Origin: a virus
Taxonomy: Duplodnaviria > Caudoviricetes
Reading direction: 5' to 3' (one strand)
Length of the DNA stretch: 35,034 nucleotides
Virus record (IMG/VR): IMGVR_UViG_3300029822_000041
Span: 1 to 35,034 of that record
Under the pieces are notes generated by a model, which was not told where the DNA came from, did not search any database, and was given only the letters and a program-made list of their open reading frames with translations. Positions 8,780 through 16,777 of this stretch are shown piece after piece. The position numbers and the translations under genes are program-made. Numbering within the stretch: the stretch's first letter is position 1; each line of letters starts with the position of its first letter.

Positions 8780-8921
8780 TTTTCTGTGCCTCCCTCATTC
8801 TTTGCAATACTTTTAAGATAGTCCGGTATGCGATCTCCGTCTGTGCGTTGACCGGGACCACCTTGCCCGTGATATCCTTGAGCCTGGTGCCGTCGGCCAT
8901 TACGTGCGTTACTGTCGCCAT
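8766..8921 (-). CDS. small hypothetical phage protein (51 aa, not in ORF track)
   Basis: MATVTHVMADGTRLKDITGKVVP...; ATG overlaps the antirepressor stop. Confidence 0.7.
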   Translation of the reverse strand: MATVTHVMADGTRLKDITGKVVPVNAQTEIAYRTILKVLQRMREAQKNEAV

Positions 8922-9718
8922 CAGCTAGCCTCCCTTTGCTCTCGCTCGATTATCGGCAATATTCCGCGTTCGTTTTTGAGCAGGTCGTAGATAAACAGTC
9001 GGCCTTTTTGCGTCCAGTTTGTATGCATCTTGGTCTTGTTATCGGGCAAGGCTACCGTCTTACTCTGGGTATAGCCCTTATCAGCATGCTTTTGATATAG
9101 TAGCCAGACATCTCCCTGCTTGTACTGGACGCCTAACTCTTTTAGGATCTGGTTGAGAGCTTGTCCACTCAAGCCGTAGTCCTTGGCAATCTTACTGATT
9201 GATACTGCAGACTTGCTCTGTAACACTAAATCATAATAGGTTGCTTTGGGTTGTAACTCGTTGATAATCTGATTCTGTTTTTTGTTCTCGAGTTCAAGCT
9301 TTTGGGATCGTTCCTGCTCGGCTTTGAGATTCTGCGCCAACTGGATTAGCGTGTCCGGATTGAGCAGGGCTTCTTCAAGCTTTGCCGGTGTCATATAAGC
9401 ACCATGTTTGCGGATGGATGGGATTACCTCTTCTGTAACCCAATCTTGGAATCTTTCGGCTTCTTCCTTACTGCTTCGCATTATTAATTTATAAAGACCA
9501 GGCTCGCTAACGCACCACAACTCTTGGCTTCCCCCTGGGGTCGTAAAGTTTACTACCCCTTTATGCTTATCTCTAATCCTTGCAAGCGTCTTGGAGCCAG
9601 ACCAAGTAATATCTAGCGCGTCGCAAACATCCTTCGCTACAAACCAGGGCTCGCCTTTTAAAGTAACTGTCCGAACTTGTCCAAATTCAGGGTTCGAAAA
9701 AACCTGCAAATCGTTCAT
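8921..9718 (-). CDS. phage antirepressor (BRO-N plus ANT/KilAC)
   Basis: F.NPEFGQVRTV...PWFVAKDVC, FQDWVTEEVIPSIRKHGAY, WTQKGRLFIY. Confidence 0.95.
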   Translation of the reverse strand: MNDLQVFSNPEFGQVRTVTLKGEPWFVAKDVCDALDITWSGSKTLARIRDKHKGVVNFTTPGGSQELWCVSEPGLYKLIMRSSKEEAERFQDWVTEEVIPSIRKHGAYMTPAKLEEALLNPDTLIQLAQNLKAEQERSQKLELENKKQNQIINELQPKATYYDLVLQSKSAVSISKIAKDYGLSGQALNQILKELGVQYKQGDVWLLYQKHADKGYTQSKTVALPDNKTKMHTNWTQKGRLFIYDLLKNERGILPIIEREQREAS

Positions 9719-9757
9719 ATTATCATCTCCTTTGTTAAATTTTCAAGTTTCAAGTTT

Positions 9758-9973
9758 TTAACTCACCTGCTCTTCGTCTTCGGGGAAAAGTTCGCTCAAA
9801 CGAACCCCAAGAACATCCGCGATCTTCCGTGCGTTGCTCAAACTAGGAACGCTTTTGCCATTCATGACGTCGTAGAAATAAGACTTTGCAAGGCCCGTTT
9901 TGTCAATTACAAACGATATTTTCATGCCGCGTTCCTCAATAGCTTGTCTTATATTGTTCTGCACTTCCCTCAC
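9758..9973 (-). CDS. Cro-like XRE HTH regulator
   Basis: HTH_3 fold (PSLSNARKIADVLGV..SELF); divergent from CI. Confidence 0.88.
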   Translation of the reverse strand: MREVQNNIRQAIEERGMKISFVIDKTGLAKSYFYDVMNGKSVPSLSNARKIADVLGVRLSELFPEDEEQVS

Positions 9974-9986
9974 CTCCTGGCCCTAG

Positions 9987-10156
9987 TTTACCAGAATACC
10001 GAACTTTTAACAACGTTTGTATTACGCCAAAACCGAACGGCATTTACCAGTTAACCGAACCCGCTCTTATTTCCTTTATTTCCCTTATAATTACGCGATT
10101 TTAGGGGTTTACTTTAACGAACTATATGGTATAATATAAGTACGGTATAACGTACT
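9987..10156. promoter_or_regulatory. lysis/lysogeny switch region with operator-like repeats and cI promoter
   Basis: Three 18-bp repeats ending ACCGAAC (9987-10004, 10021-10038, 10043-10060); extended -10 TGgTATAAT (10127-10135); palindrome AGTACG-N6-CGTACT (10139-10156). Confidence 0.65.
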
Positions 10157-10182
10157 ACCAAAGGAGAAGGAGGCACGGGCTG

Positions 10183-10450
10183 ATGGAGTTAGGGCAGATA
10201 ATGCGTAGAATGAGAAACGAAAGAGGGCTCTCTATACTTGATATTAGGGAGGTGACAGGCTTATCTAAATCGACCATCAGCGACATTGAAACTGGTAAAA
10301 GCAGCCCAACTGCCGAAACTCTCCAAAAAATAGCCGACGCTCTAGGCGTGCAGGTTAAGGATTTCTTCCAGGCACAAAAAGGCCAACCGCCATGACGGAG
10401 GTTGACTATATTCTCGAGGAGCTCCACAAGCGACCAGAAATAATCTTTTG
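10183..10450 (+). pseudogene. CI-like repressor: intact HTH (10183-10395) with frameshifted, truncated C-terminal part
   Basis: XRE HTH (GLSKSTISDIETGKSSPT); another frame continues TKRPTAMTEVDYILEELHKRPE, resembling the YLEEL..RPE motif of clostridial phage repressors. Confidence 0.7.
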
Positions 10451-10555
10451 AAGAAGATACTAGAAAAAGTTGTATATAAAAAAGAAAAAGGCGGCAGGTG
10501 GCACGGAAAGCCTGATGAAATCAAGCTTATCTTGTATCCAAGAATCCCAAAATAG
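10439..10555 (+). pseudogene. C-terminal remnant of a large serine integrase
   Basis: Start-less frame NNLLKKILEKVVYKKEKGGRWHGKPDEIKLILYPRIPK* resembles the N.LLK.ILEKV.Y...L.LYP.LP end of Firmicutes serine recombinases; followed by an attP-like inverted repeat. Confidence 0.75.
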
Positions 10556-10562
10556 AAGATTA

Positions 10563-10614
10563 TCACAGATAACATACTGGAACGAAGGAATAAGCGCCAG
10601 TATGTTGTCTGCGA
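10563..10614. mobile_element. attP-like site for a serine integrase
   Basis: 18-bp inverted arms (TCACAGATAACATACTGG / CCAGTATGTTGTCTGCGA, 2 mismatches) around a 16-bp core, 7 bp after the integrase-remnant stop. Confidence 0.7.
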
Positions 10615-10621
10615 AGAAACC

Positions 10622-10648
10622 AAAAAAGAGGACCATTGGTGGTCCTCT
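10622..10648 (-). terminator. Rho-independent terminator of the accessory operon
   Basis: AGAGGACCA-4nt-TGGTCCTCT stem with a T-tract on the minus strand, just after the stop at 10652. Confidence 0.8.
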
Positions 10649-10651
10649 ATC

Positions 10652-11194
10652 TTATTTTATTTTGAAATTAACAGTTGAGAATTTTGCCATGTCCTCCGAC
10701 GAATATTTTTCGGTGGCACTGGCAAGGGCACGCTCATATTCTTTCCGATCAAATTCTCTCTTAAGTTGCCACTCAATATTATTTTTTAACCATCTAGAAA
10801 GGGTAGTGCCTAACCCAACTAGTCTTAGAGCTTTGATTTTTCCTGTGCTCGAATCCGCCAAAATGATGGTACAGCCATACCCTTGCCCGCATTCTATCTC
10901 CTGGAGCGTAGTAAGGTTTTTGGATAAATGGGCCACATAAGGTGCATCCATCCAAGGCATTCCATCTGGCTTGATTAATACAAAAATAATTCCTTCCATT
11001 TCAAACAAGCCAAATTCTAAAGCTCCTTTACTAATACCATTTATCTCTTGTTCGTTTGGGCTATTAAATAAAATTACTAGCTTTGCTCCTCCGTCGTCCA
11101 TATCAAAATAGACAGCCTCTTGCCCAGTTTCAAATTTGTTTATGCGTTCACCAACTGCATACTTTTGCATTATCATTCCTCCTCTGGTTCCCAC
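10652..11194 (-). CDS. hypothetical protein, last gene of the Ibr cassette (true start probably about 11171-11177)
   Basis: GAGGAGG RBS within the ibrB 3' end; WMDAPY and ILADSSTGKIKALR motifs. Confidence 0.8.
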   Translation of the reverse strand: MGTRGGMIMQKYAVGERINKFETGQEAVYFDMDDGGAKLVILFNSPNEQEINGISKGALEFGLFEMEGIIFVLIKPDGMPWMDAPYVAHLSKNLTTLQEIECGQGYGCTIILADSSTGKIKALRLVGLGTTLSRWLKNNIEWQLKREFDRKEYERALASATEKYSSEDMAKFSTVNFKIK

Positions 11195-11688
11195 GATTTG
11201 CCAAACTCACTGTCTCTAAACAATGCTGCCAAACCAGTTATTTGTTTTAGCCTTAAAATCTCATCAAGATCCATACCAAGGTGTTTAGCTATCCATGCAT
11301 CACTCCTCCCTATATCGTGTAGTTCTGCGACTATATTACTCATTAAATCAACATCGTGAGAGCCCCTTGCACGGTTGTGGCGTATTGTAGATGCCATTCG
11401 CTGGTCTATTGATTTATCAATAACCGACACTGGTATACATCCGTTTTCTCGCTCATAAATATCCTTATGTTCCAGCATTATTCTGTATCTGTGAAATCCA
11501 TCTACTATTTCGTACATGTCATCATCAGCATGATAATAACACACAATGGGCATGGTGTAACCATCCTCCTTGATGCTATTATACAATAATTTCATTTCTG
11601 GGGGAGCCACTGCATTGGGGTTGTATTCATTCGCTCTTATCTTTTCTATTGGGACTGGTATCACATTATAAACTGGGCTTTTATACAT
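11173..11688 (-). CDS. ibrB: IbrB/YbdM-like ParB/Srx-fold protein
   Basis: ANEYNPNAVAPPEMKLL, IVDGFHRY, MASTIRHNRARGSH, C-terminal HTH. Confidence 0.92.
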   Translation of the reverse strand: MYKSPVYNVIPVPIEKIRANEYNPNAVAPPEMKLLYNSIKEDGYTMPIVCYYHADDDMYEIVDGFHRYRIMLEHKDIYERENGCIPVSVIDKSIDQRMASTIRHNRARGSHDVDLMSNIVAELHDIGRSDAWIAKHLGMDLDEILRLKQITGLAALFRDSEFGKSWEPEEE

Positions 11689-11692
11689 TTTA

Positions 11693-13015
11693 CTAACCTC
11701 CTTTGATAATGCTTTTGTATTTATTTTTTATAGTTTTTATTCTTTCTTGTTGCTGCTTGGTTGCTCCGAAGCCCATAAACCTGCATTGGTGGTCGTTTTT
11801 CAAAATGCAATAGCACATCCTTTTCCACGAAGGGATATCTATTGTTGATTTTACATCGTCTGTATCATCTGGGATATCTTCTTCAAAAACTATTTTTGTT
11901 TTACCATCTTTGGTATAGTTTGATATTCCATTTCTCCTTATCTTATAACCGCATTCCTCAATTTCTCGTATCACATCTTCCGCAAAACCGCCCCCTGTTT
12001 TAGCCCAAAACTCTGCCGATGTTTTAAACTTTTCAAGGTAATTATCCCTAACATTCTCGGGAAGAGTGCTTAACAAGAACTCTGTATAAGACTTCCATGT
12101 ATGCCCCTCGGGCAGGGTTACGCTCTTGTAACCCATCGCCTTGGTCCCTCCGTAAATAGCCCCGAAGTTGGCTCCCTGCACCCTACCAACTAGCCTGGCC
12201 CACGTCTCTGGTTCTATCACTCTATACAAGTTAAGACTCTCCATGGCCCACTCATTAAACGGGCTCGCTACTCGCATTTGGTCAATCGTCAATCCAGCTT
12301 TGTAATATAGATCATATAGACCGTTATAATCAAAATCAAATCTACCATTGGCAACCCAAACATCCTCTGCGGTCCAGTCATACAATGGAGACGCACTCCA
12401 AACATCTTTAAATATTGTTGTTATCCATTTTTCGTCTTTGTAAGCGTATTTTTTATTCACTATTGCGCTGTACCGGTGGAGAGACTCGTCCGCCCTCAAC
12501 CCTACCAGGCCTATGGTCTTACCGCCACCTTTTGTGTCTTTGTACCAGCGTCCGAACTGTTTATATAAGTCCTCTTGGAGCATCTTGTATTTGTAGAAAC
12601 CAAACGGGTTGTTTTCCAAATTTATAATATATGGAAAACTAGGCATCTCCCTAACCCAAATGTCTGTTTTTTCGTCATCCCAAGGATACCAATATAACTC
12701 ATAGTTGCTCAAAGGTGTTTTAGATGCCGTTGGTAAACATACCCAATAGGGCTCTATAGTATCTAAATTATTCTCAAACATTCTTGTAACATACTCAGTT
12801 GTCTTTTTATATTGCGCTTCAAAGTCCTGGTGGAATAACCCTATTTTCTTTTTAACACCACATTGGCGCATGTATTGCAAAACAAGATTGAGCAACAACC
12901 CGCTGTCTTTACCGCCTGAAAAGCTTACGTAGATATTGTCAAACTCCTTAAAAATATAACACAACCTGTCATGGAATGCTTCGTAAACTGACTTATCTGT
13001 ATAAACCTTACTCAA
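11693..13015 (-). CDS. ibrA: IbrA/YbdN-like PAPS-reductase-fold protein with DUF3440
   Basis: PP-loop SFSGGKDS, GLRADESLHR, PLYDW, QMRVASPF, PSWKRMCYCILKNDHQCRFMGF. Confidence 0.92.
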   Translation of the reverse strand: MSKVYTDKSVYEAFHDRLCYIFKEFDNIYVSFSGGKDSGLLLNLVLQYMRQCGVKKKIGLFHQDFEAQYKKTTEYVTRMFENNLDTIEPYWVCLPTASKTPLSNYELYWYPWDDEKTDIWVREMPSFPYIINLENNPFGFYKYKMLQEDLYKQFGRWYKDTKGGGKTIGLVGLRADESLHRYSAIVNKKYAYKDEKWITTIFKDVWSASPLYDWTAEDVWVANGRFDFDYNGLYDLYYKAGLTIDQMRVASPFNEWAMESLNLYRVIEPETWARLVGRVQGANFGAIYGGTKAMGYKSVTLPEGHTWKSYTEFLLSTLPENVRDNYLEKFKTSAEFWAKTGGGFAEDVIREIEECGYKIRRNGISNYTKDGKTKIVFEEDIPDDTDDVKSTIDIPSWKRMCYCILKNDHQCRFMGFGATKQQQERIKTIKNKYKSIIKGG

Positions 13016-14410
13016 TCAAGCTACCCCCTTCCCGTTAATCCAATCTCCTAGATGATATTTATCCTCCTGTTTATCGATCTCACGCTTGAAACTCTCCACC
13101 AGGCCCTCCTTACGCCAAAGGCAACGAAGGATCCTTTCATCCAGTGTATCCCTTGCGCAGATATCAATAATGTGGACATTTTTATTCTGCCCAATCCTGT
13201 GCACTCGATCCTCAGATTGGCTCCTGGTGGCATAATCCCAGTCGTTACTATAATAGATTACATAATTACAAAACTGGAGATTGAGACCGTAGCCAGCGCA
13301 AGCCTTGTTTGCCACAAAAAACCTGCCATCGTTAGTAAAAGCGTCAATATTTCGTTGTCGTTCTTTCTGATTTATCTCCCCAAAAAATGGTACTGCAGAG
13401 CCCTTACCATATTTCCTATTGAGTACTCTCACTACATCCTTTATTTCCTGCGTGTACTTGCAGAAAACAATAGTTTTGTCGTCTACATGCTCCAGCACAG
13501 AGAGCAATCGCTGTATTCTTGGATTTCTGTATGGAGATGAGAAAAATGGCTCCCTAGTAAGATGCTCCCCTAGCCCTACTCTAAAACCACTTATAACATT
13601 TTGCAAGCCAGTGAACAGCCTATATATAGTCTCTGGTTGCAATTCATCAAGATCAAACAACAAATTGTCTGCTACATGCTTATAATGCTCTTGCTGCTCA
13701 TCCGTAAGACTATAGTACTTAGTTGAGTAAGTTTTAGGTGGCAAGTCTAAGCACTCATCTTTTTTAACTTGATATGTGTAAGGTGCTATCTTGTGGACCA
13801 AATAGTTAGTGTTTAGGCATCTGGTAATCTTACCCTTAACCCTGTCATCATACTCTAAATGGTTAGCTGCGAAGCTCCAGAATGATTTATAGCCCAAAAT
13901 TCTCCAGTCCAAAATATACCACTGGGAAAAAAGATCTTTTTCACATCTGCTGATTGGAGTGCCATTTAAGATCAGCTTGTATTGGCAATAGCTGGCCAAG
14001 CGTTCAATGTTTTGGGTTCGCTTGGCCTTGTGGTTTTTAACCATGTTACTCTCATCCACTATTATATAAACCTTGTGCCTCTGTACTAGCTCTAAAAGTT
14101 TGGTATTGGCTCTTATGCTGCTAGATAGTGTCTCTATCCCGCAGACAGTAAACATATCAATGCTACCATCAACATGCTTAATTAATTCTCTGCGCAAATT
14201 TTCCTTAACAGAGCAAGGGCATAACCAAAGCACATGATTAATTTTGCCAGCATTATATCGCTGGGCCACAAGCTCCAAGGCGGCCCTGGTCTTGCCTGTG
14301 CCCATTTCCATATATAGGGCGCCAACCTTAATCTTTGATAGTTTTTTAACAGCTTTCTGTTGGTGCTCATATAGCTCTGTCTTCAACGCCATCAATGTAA
14401 TCACCACCAC
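13016..14410 (-). CDS. SNF2-like SF2 helicase/ATPase
   Basis: Motif I YMEMGTGKT, II IVDES, III LNGTP, V GYGLNLQ, VI QSEDRVHRIGQ. Confidence 0.93.
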   Translation of the reverse strand: MVVITLMALKTELYEHQQKAVKKLSKIKVGALYMEMGTGKTRAALELVAQRYNAGKINHVLWLCPCSVKENLRRELIKHVDGSIDMFTVCGIETLSSSIRANTKLLELVQRHKVYIIVDESNMVKNHKAKRTQNIERLASYCQYKLILNGTPISRCEKDLFSQWYILDWRILGYKSFWSFAANHLEYDDRVKGKITRCLNTNYLVHKIAPYTYQVKKDECLDLPPKTYSTKYYSLTDEQQEHYKHVADNLLFDLDELQPETIYRLFTGLQNVISGFRVGLGEHLTREPFFSSPYRNPRIQRLLSVLEHVDDKTIVFCKYTQEIKDVVRVLNRKYGKGSAVPFFGEINQKERQRNIDAFTNDGRFFVANKACAGYGLNLQFCNYVIYYSNDWDYATRSQSEDRVHRIGQNKNVHIIDICARDTLDERILRCLWRKEGLVESFKREIDKQEDKYHLGDWINGKGVA

Positions 14411-14437
14411 CGTAAAATGATTGCCAATTTACCTATA

Positions 14438-15109
14438 TCATGTATCAAGGAGATCCGGGATTATCTCCCGGCTGCTTTGGAGGATAGTTCCCAATCCATC
14501 TCCCTTAGCCTTTTCTTTTACCTTTACGGGTTTAACCCTCCTAGCATTTTTAAACTCTTCTCTATACTCTTCAATGGCCGTTTTTGCTGCAGAACTAAAT
14601 TTAAATCCATAGACGGACGCAAAATCTTCAACTTCTTTATAGTGCTCGATTTTGACAAGGACTCCTTTTTCGCCTTGATGCCATCTACTTTGAGGCAAAG
14701 ATCTAGCTCTACGATAAAGTTCGTTATCCTTACCAAACCACTTAGCTATCAACCTCCCCTTGTATTCTCCCTTGACAATTAAGAGAATCCACCTTGTACA
14801 CTCGGGTTCAAAATCGGCATTGATCGCATTTTCTCTGATTTTTTCATCGGAAATCTCTATGGGGAATCCTGCATTTAATAACTTGTTCCCAATTTCTGCC
14901 GCTCTATCGGCGGGTGTCCCCATCCTCGGAGCGAGATACTTCGCCCATCTATACGCTAGGGGCTCCCACTCATATCCTTTAGATTTTACCAAATCAATGA
15001 TCGTGTCATTTTTCTCTGATTTTATTCTTACAGTTTTGCTGTCAACAGTAATGACAACTGGGATCTCGGAGACAACGTTCTCAGGAAAAACAACATCTCC
15101 CAGGCTCAT
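14438..15109 (-). CDS. hypothetical protein associated with the SNF2 helicase
   Basis: Directly upstream of and co-oriented with the helicase; two Trp-containing subdomains (GYEW...RW; LPQSRW...FASVYGFKF). Confidence 0.8.
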   Translation of the reverse strand: MSLGDVVFPENVVSEIPVVITVDSKTVRIKSEKNDTIIDLVKSKGYEWEPLAYRWAKYLAPRMGTPADRAAEIGNKLLNAGFPIEISDEKIRENAINADFEPECTRWILLIVKGEYKGRLIAKWFGKDNELYRRARSLPQSRWHQGEKGVLVKIEHYKEVEDFASVYGFKFSSAAKTAIEEYREEFKNARRVKPVKVKEKAKGDGLGTILQSSREIIPDLLDT

Positions 15110-15176
15110 TTTCCCTTTGCCTCCTTCTTCTCTTTCTCCTCAAAATATTTTTCGATCGCCATTTTGTATTTCTCCA

Positions 15177-15443
15177 TTAAACAACTCTCCCCTCGTCGTG
15201 TTCTTTTGCTATTTTTTTGATTTTTCTATAATCTAACTTTTTACCGCAATAGGGGCAATAATTGTAATGCGTTGCAAGGCCTCTCCTTCGGTCTAAATAG
15301 TCCTGCAACAAGCCTATGCGGTATTGGCCATTAACCTTATATTTAGGACAACCAATATTTCCGGCTATTAAGACTTCTGTAATCTCTCCCCCTTCGGTAA
15401 GCGCGCCATAAACGCACTCATGTACTTCCTGTTTTGCTTCCAT
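15177..15443 (-). CDS. hypothetical Cys-containing protein
   Basis: HEC...YNYCPYCGKKL; AGGAG RBS. Confidence 0.7.
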   Translation of the reverse strand: MEAKQEVHECVYGALTEGGEITEVLIAGNIGCPKYKVNGQYRIGLLQDYLDRRRGLATHYNYCPYCGKKLDYRKIKKIAKEHDEGRVV

Positions 15444-15514
15444 GCTTCCCGCTCCTTTCTCTTTTATGTTTCCACATTAGGTATAGTTTCATTTCTTTAG
15501 TCCATAATATTAAG

Positions 15515-15710
15515 GCGGTGCGGCGGCGTCAAGCAAGCCGCAACCGCTGCTATAAAGCTTATATAGCTTATAAAGCTTATACGGTTTTTCGCTAAACTCT
15601 GGAAGGCTTGTCCTGCCTGGGTTTATTGGCATTTTTTTCATGCTCGGTTGTTACCGTATTATCTACTATGCGTTACCATTTTATCTACTTGTTTTTGTAT
15701 GTATGGTAAC
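15515..15710. repeat. plasmid-type origin-like repeats
   Basis: GC hairpin 15515-15547; three 9-bp ATAWAGCTT units 15552-15578; two 18-bp repeats GTTACC-N3-TTATCTACT with 22-bp period (15650-15667, 15672-15689); inverted ATGGTAAC at 15703-15710. Confidence 0.6.
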
Positions 15711-16052
15711 ACTATAAATAGAGCTGCCTTTCTTATTTTCGGTATGGCCGCTAATGAAATTATTTTCTGTCCAATAGTCAAGCATTTCTCTTACCTGGTC
15801 GCGTACCTTGTTTTTCTTTTTTCTCAACGCCCCATCTGTTTTGGCTGTAACGTCAATAGCTTTATATATTGCGTCATAAACAATATTGCGGCTTAGCATA
15901 GTTCCATTCATGGCTAATATTCGGCGGTATAAATAGCCCTGCAAGGTTATTACTTCTTCCGTTTTATTTATAGGCGTGTTCAGAAGCTTTATATCTAAGC
16001 GGCCTATTTGGTTCTTACTGTCTGCGTATTGATAAAGAAACGATAATTTCTG
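15681..16052 (-). pseudogene. 3' remnant of a plasmid/satellite-type replication initiator
   Basis: Frame is open upstream of the called TTG with no start or RBS: FLYQYADSKNQIGRLDIKLLNTPINKTEEVITLQGYLYRRILAM...LDYW...FI; origin-like repeats at its 3' end. Confidence 0.55.
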
Positions 16053-16140
16053 TTACCGCCATGGTTGTTTTGTCTCTTTCGAGAAACAATTTCTCTCTCA
16101 GTTCATCCGGCAAATAAATAGTTGTTCTGAATTTTCCCAT
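16015..16140 (-). CDS. CopG-like ribbon-helix-helix protein (41 aa, probably truncated; not in ORF track)
   Basis: AAGGGGG RBS; MGKFRTTIYLPDELREKL...TEIIVSL RHH pattern. Confidence 0.65.
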   Translation of the reverse strand: MGKFRTTIYLPDELREKLFLERDKTTMAVTEIIVSLSIRRQ

Positions 16141-16256
16141 TAAAAAATTCCCCCTTTCCGATCCTCTTGCTGCTTTAGGCTGAACATTACTGCCCGGTGT
16201 CGCTATCTAAACTCCTTTGTCATTTCAATCATCCTTCCTCCGGGGCTTTCGCCCCA

Positions 16257-16646
16257 TCATTCTGCGCCAATTACCTTACTATCAATGAGATAAGCGTTTT
16301 CTTTAACCGCCTCCTCGACATTATCTCTGTCTATTGCTTGGAGCCAGTCCGGATTTGTGATATTTGTCCTTTCCAACTCGCATTTGATATCTTCCACTGT
16401 AAAATCAGAGTTCATATACTCCTCTGACGGTTCCCAGATGGCTGCGTATACTGTGCTATCAACGAGTAGCAGGCGGTAAAATCTGCCATCTAAATCATTT
16501 TGTGTATACTCTAAGTTTTTCGGTTCGTCGTATTGATACCCGTTCATATATCCAGCGTATGTATTGCCCTTGTACACTATGGCACGTTCTCCTCCCTGAC
16601 CGTACAACTCATCCATCCAAGATTTGATTTCAGCATCCGTTTTCAT
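16257..16646 (-). CDS. hypothetical acidic protein
   Basis: Co-oriented ORF in the accessory block. Confidence 0.7.
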   Translation of the reverse strand: MKTDAEIKSWMDELYGQGGERAIVYKGNTYAGYMNGYQYDEPKNLEYTQNDLDGRFYRLLLVDSTVYAAIWEPSEEYMNSDFTVEDIKCELERTNITNPDWLQAIDRDNVEEAVKENAYLIDSKVIGAE

Positions 16647-16777
16647 TTCAATACCTTCTTTCTTTGCTCTGATACCAGTCCCATCCCAGTCAGCTTCTTT
16701 CGGCCCTACTCCCTCTCAGGCATGTTCATGTGCAGTACGGCCTGTGCCAGGAGAATTTGGTCTTCCCTGTCGCTCAT
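16643..16777 (-). pseudogene. small ORF interrupted by an in-frame TAG
   Basis: ATG overlaps the upstream stop and the final TGA overlaps the next ATG; internal TAG at 16706-16708. Confidence 0.4.

Noticed and set aside
7715-8821. 368-aa plus-strand ORF
   Set aside because: Antisense shadow of yqaJ and its neighbour; no recognisable motifs
10470-10940. 156-aa plus-strand ORF after CI
   Set aside because: Crosses the attP-like IR and terminator and is antisense to a real gene; the meaningful frame here is the integrase remnant
11693-13015. Sulfate-assimilation CysH or canonical DndC/SspD
   Set aside because: The DUF3440-type C-terminus and adjacent IbrB point to IbrA/YbdN; no other cys, dnd or ssp genes are present
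15552-15689. CRISPR-like repeats
   Set aside because: Units are 9 or 18 bp without unique ~30-bp spacers, and no cas genes are present; an origin fits better
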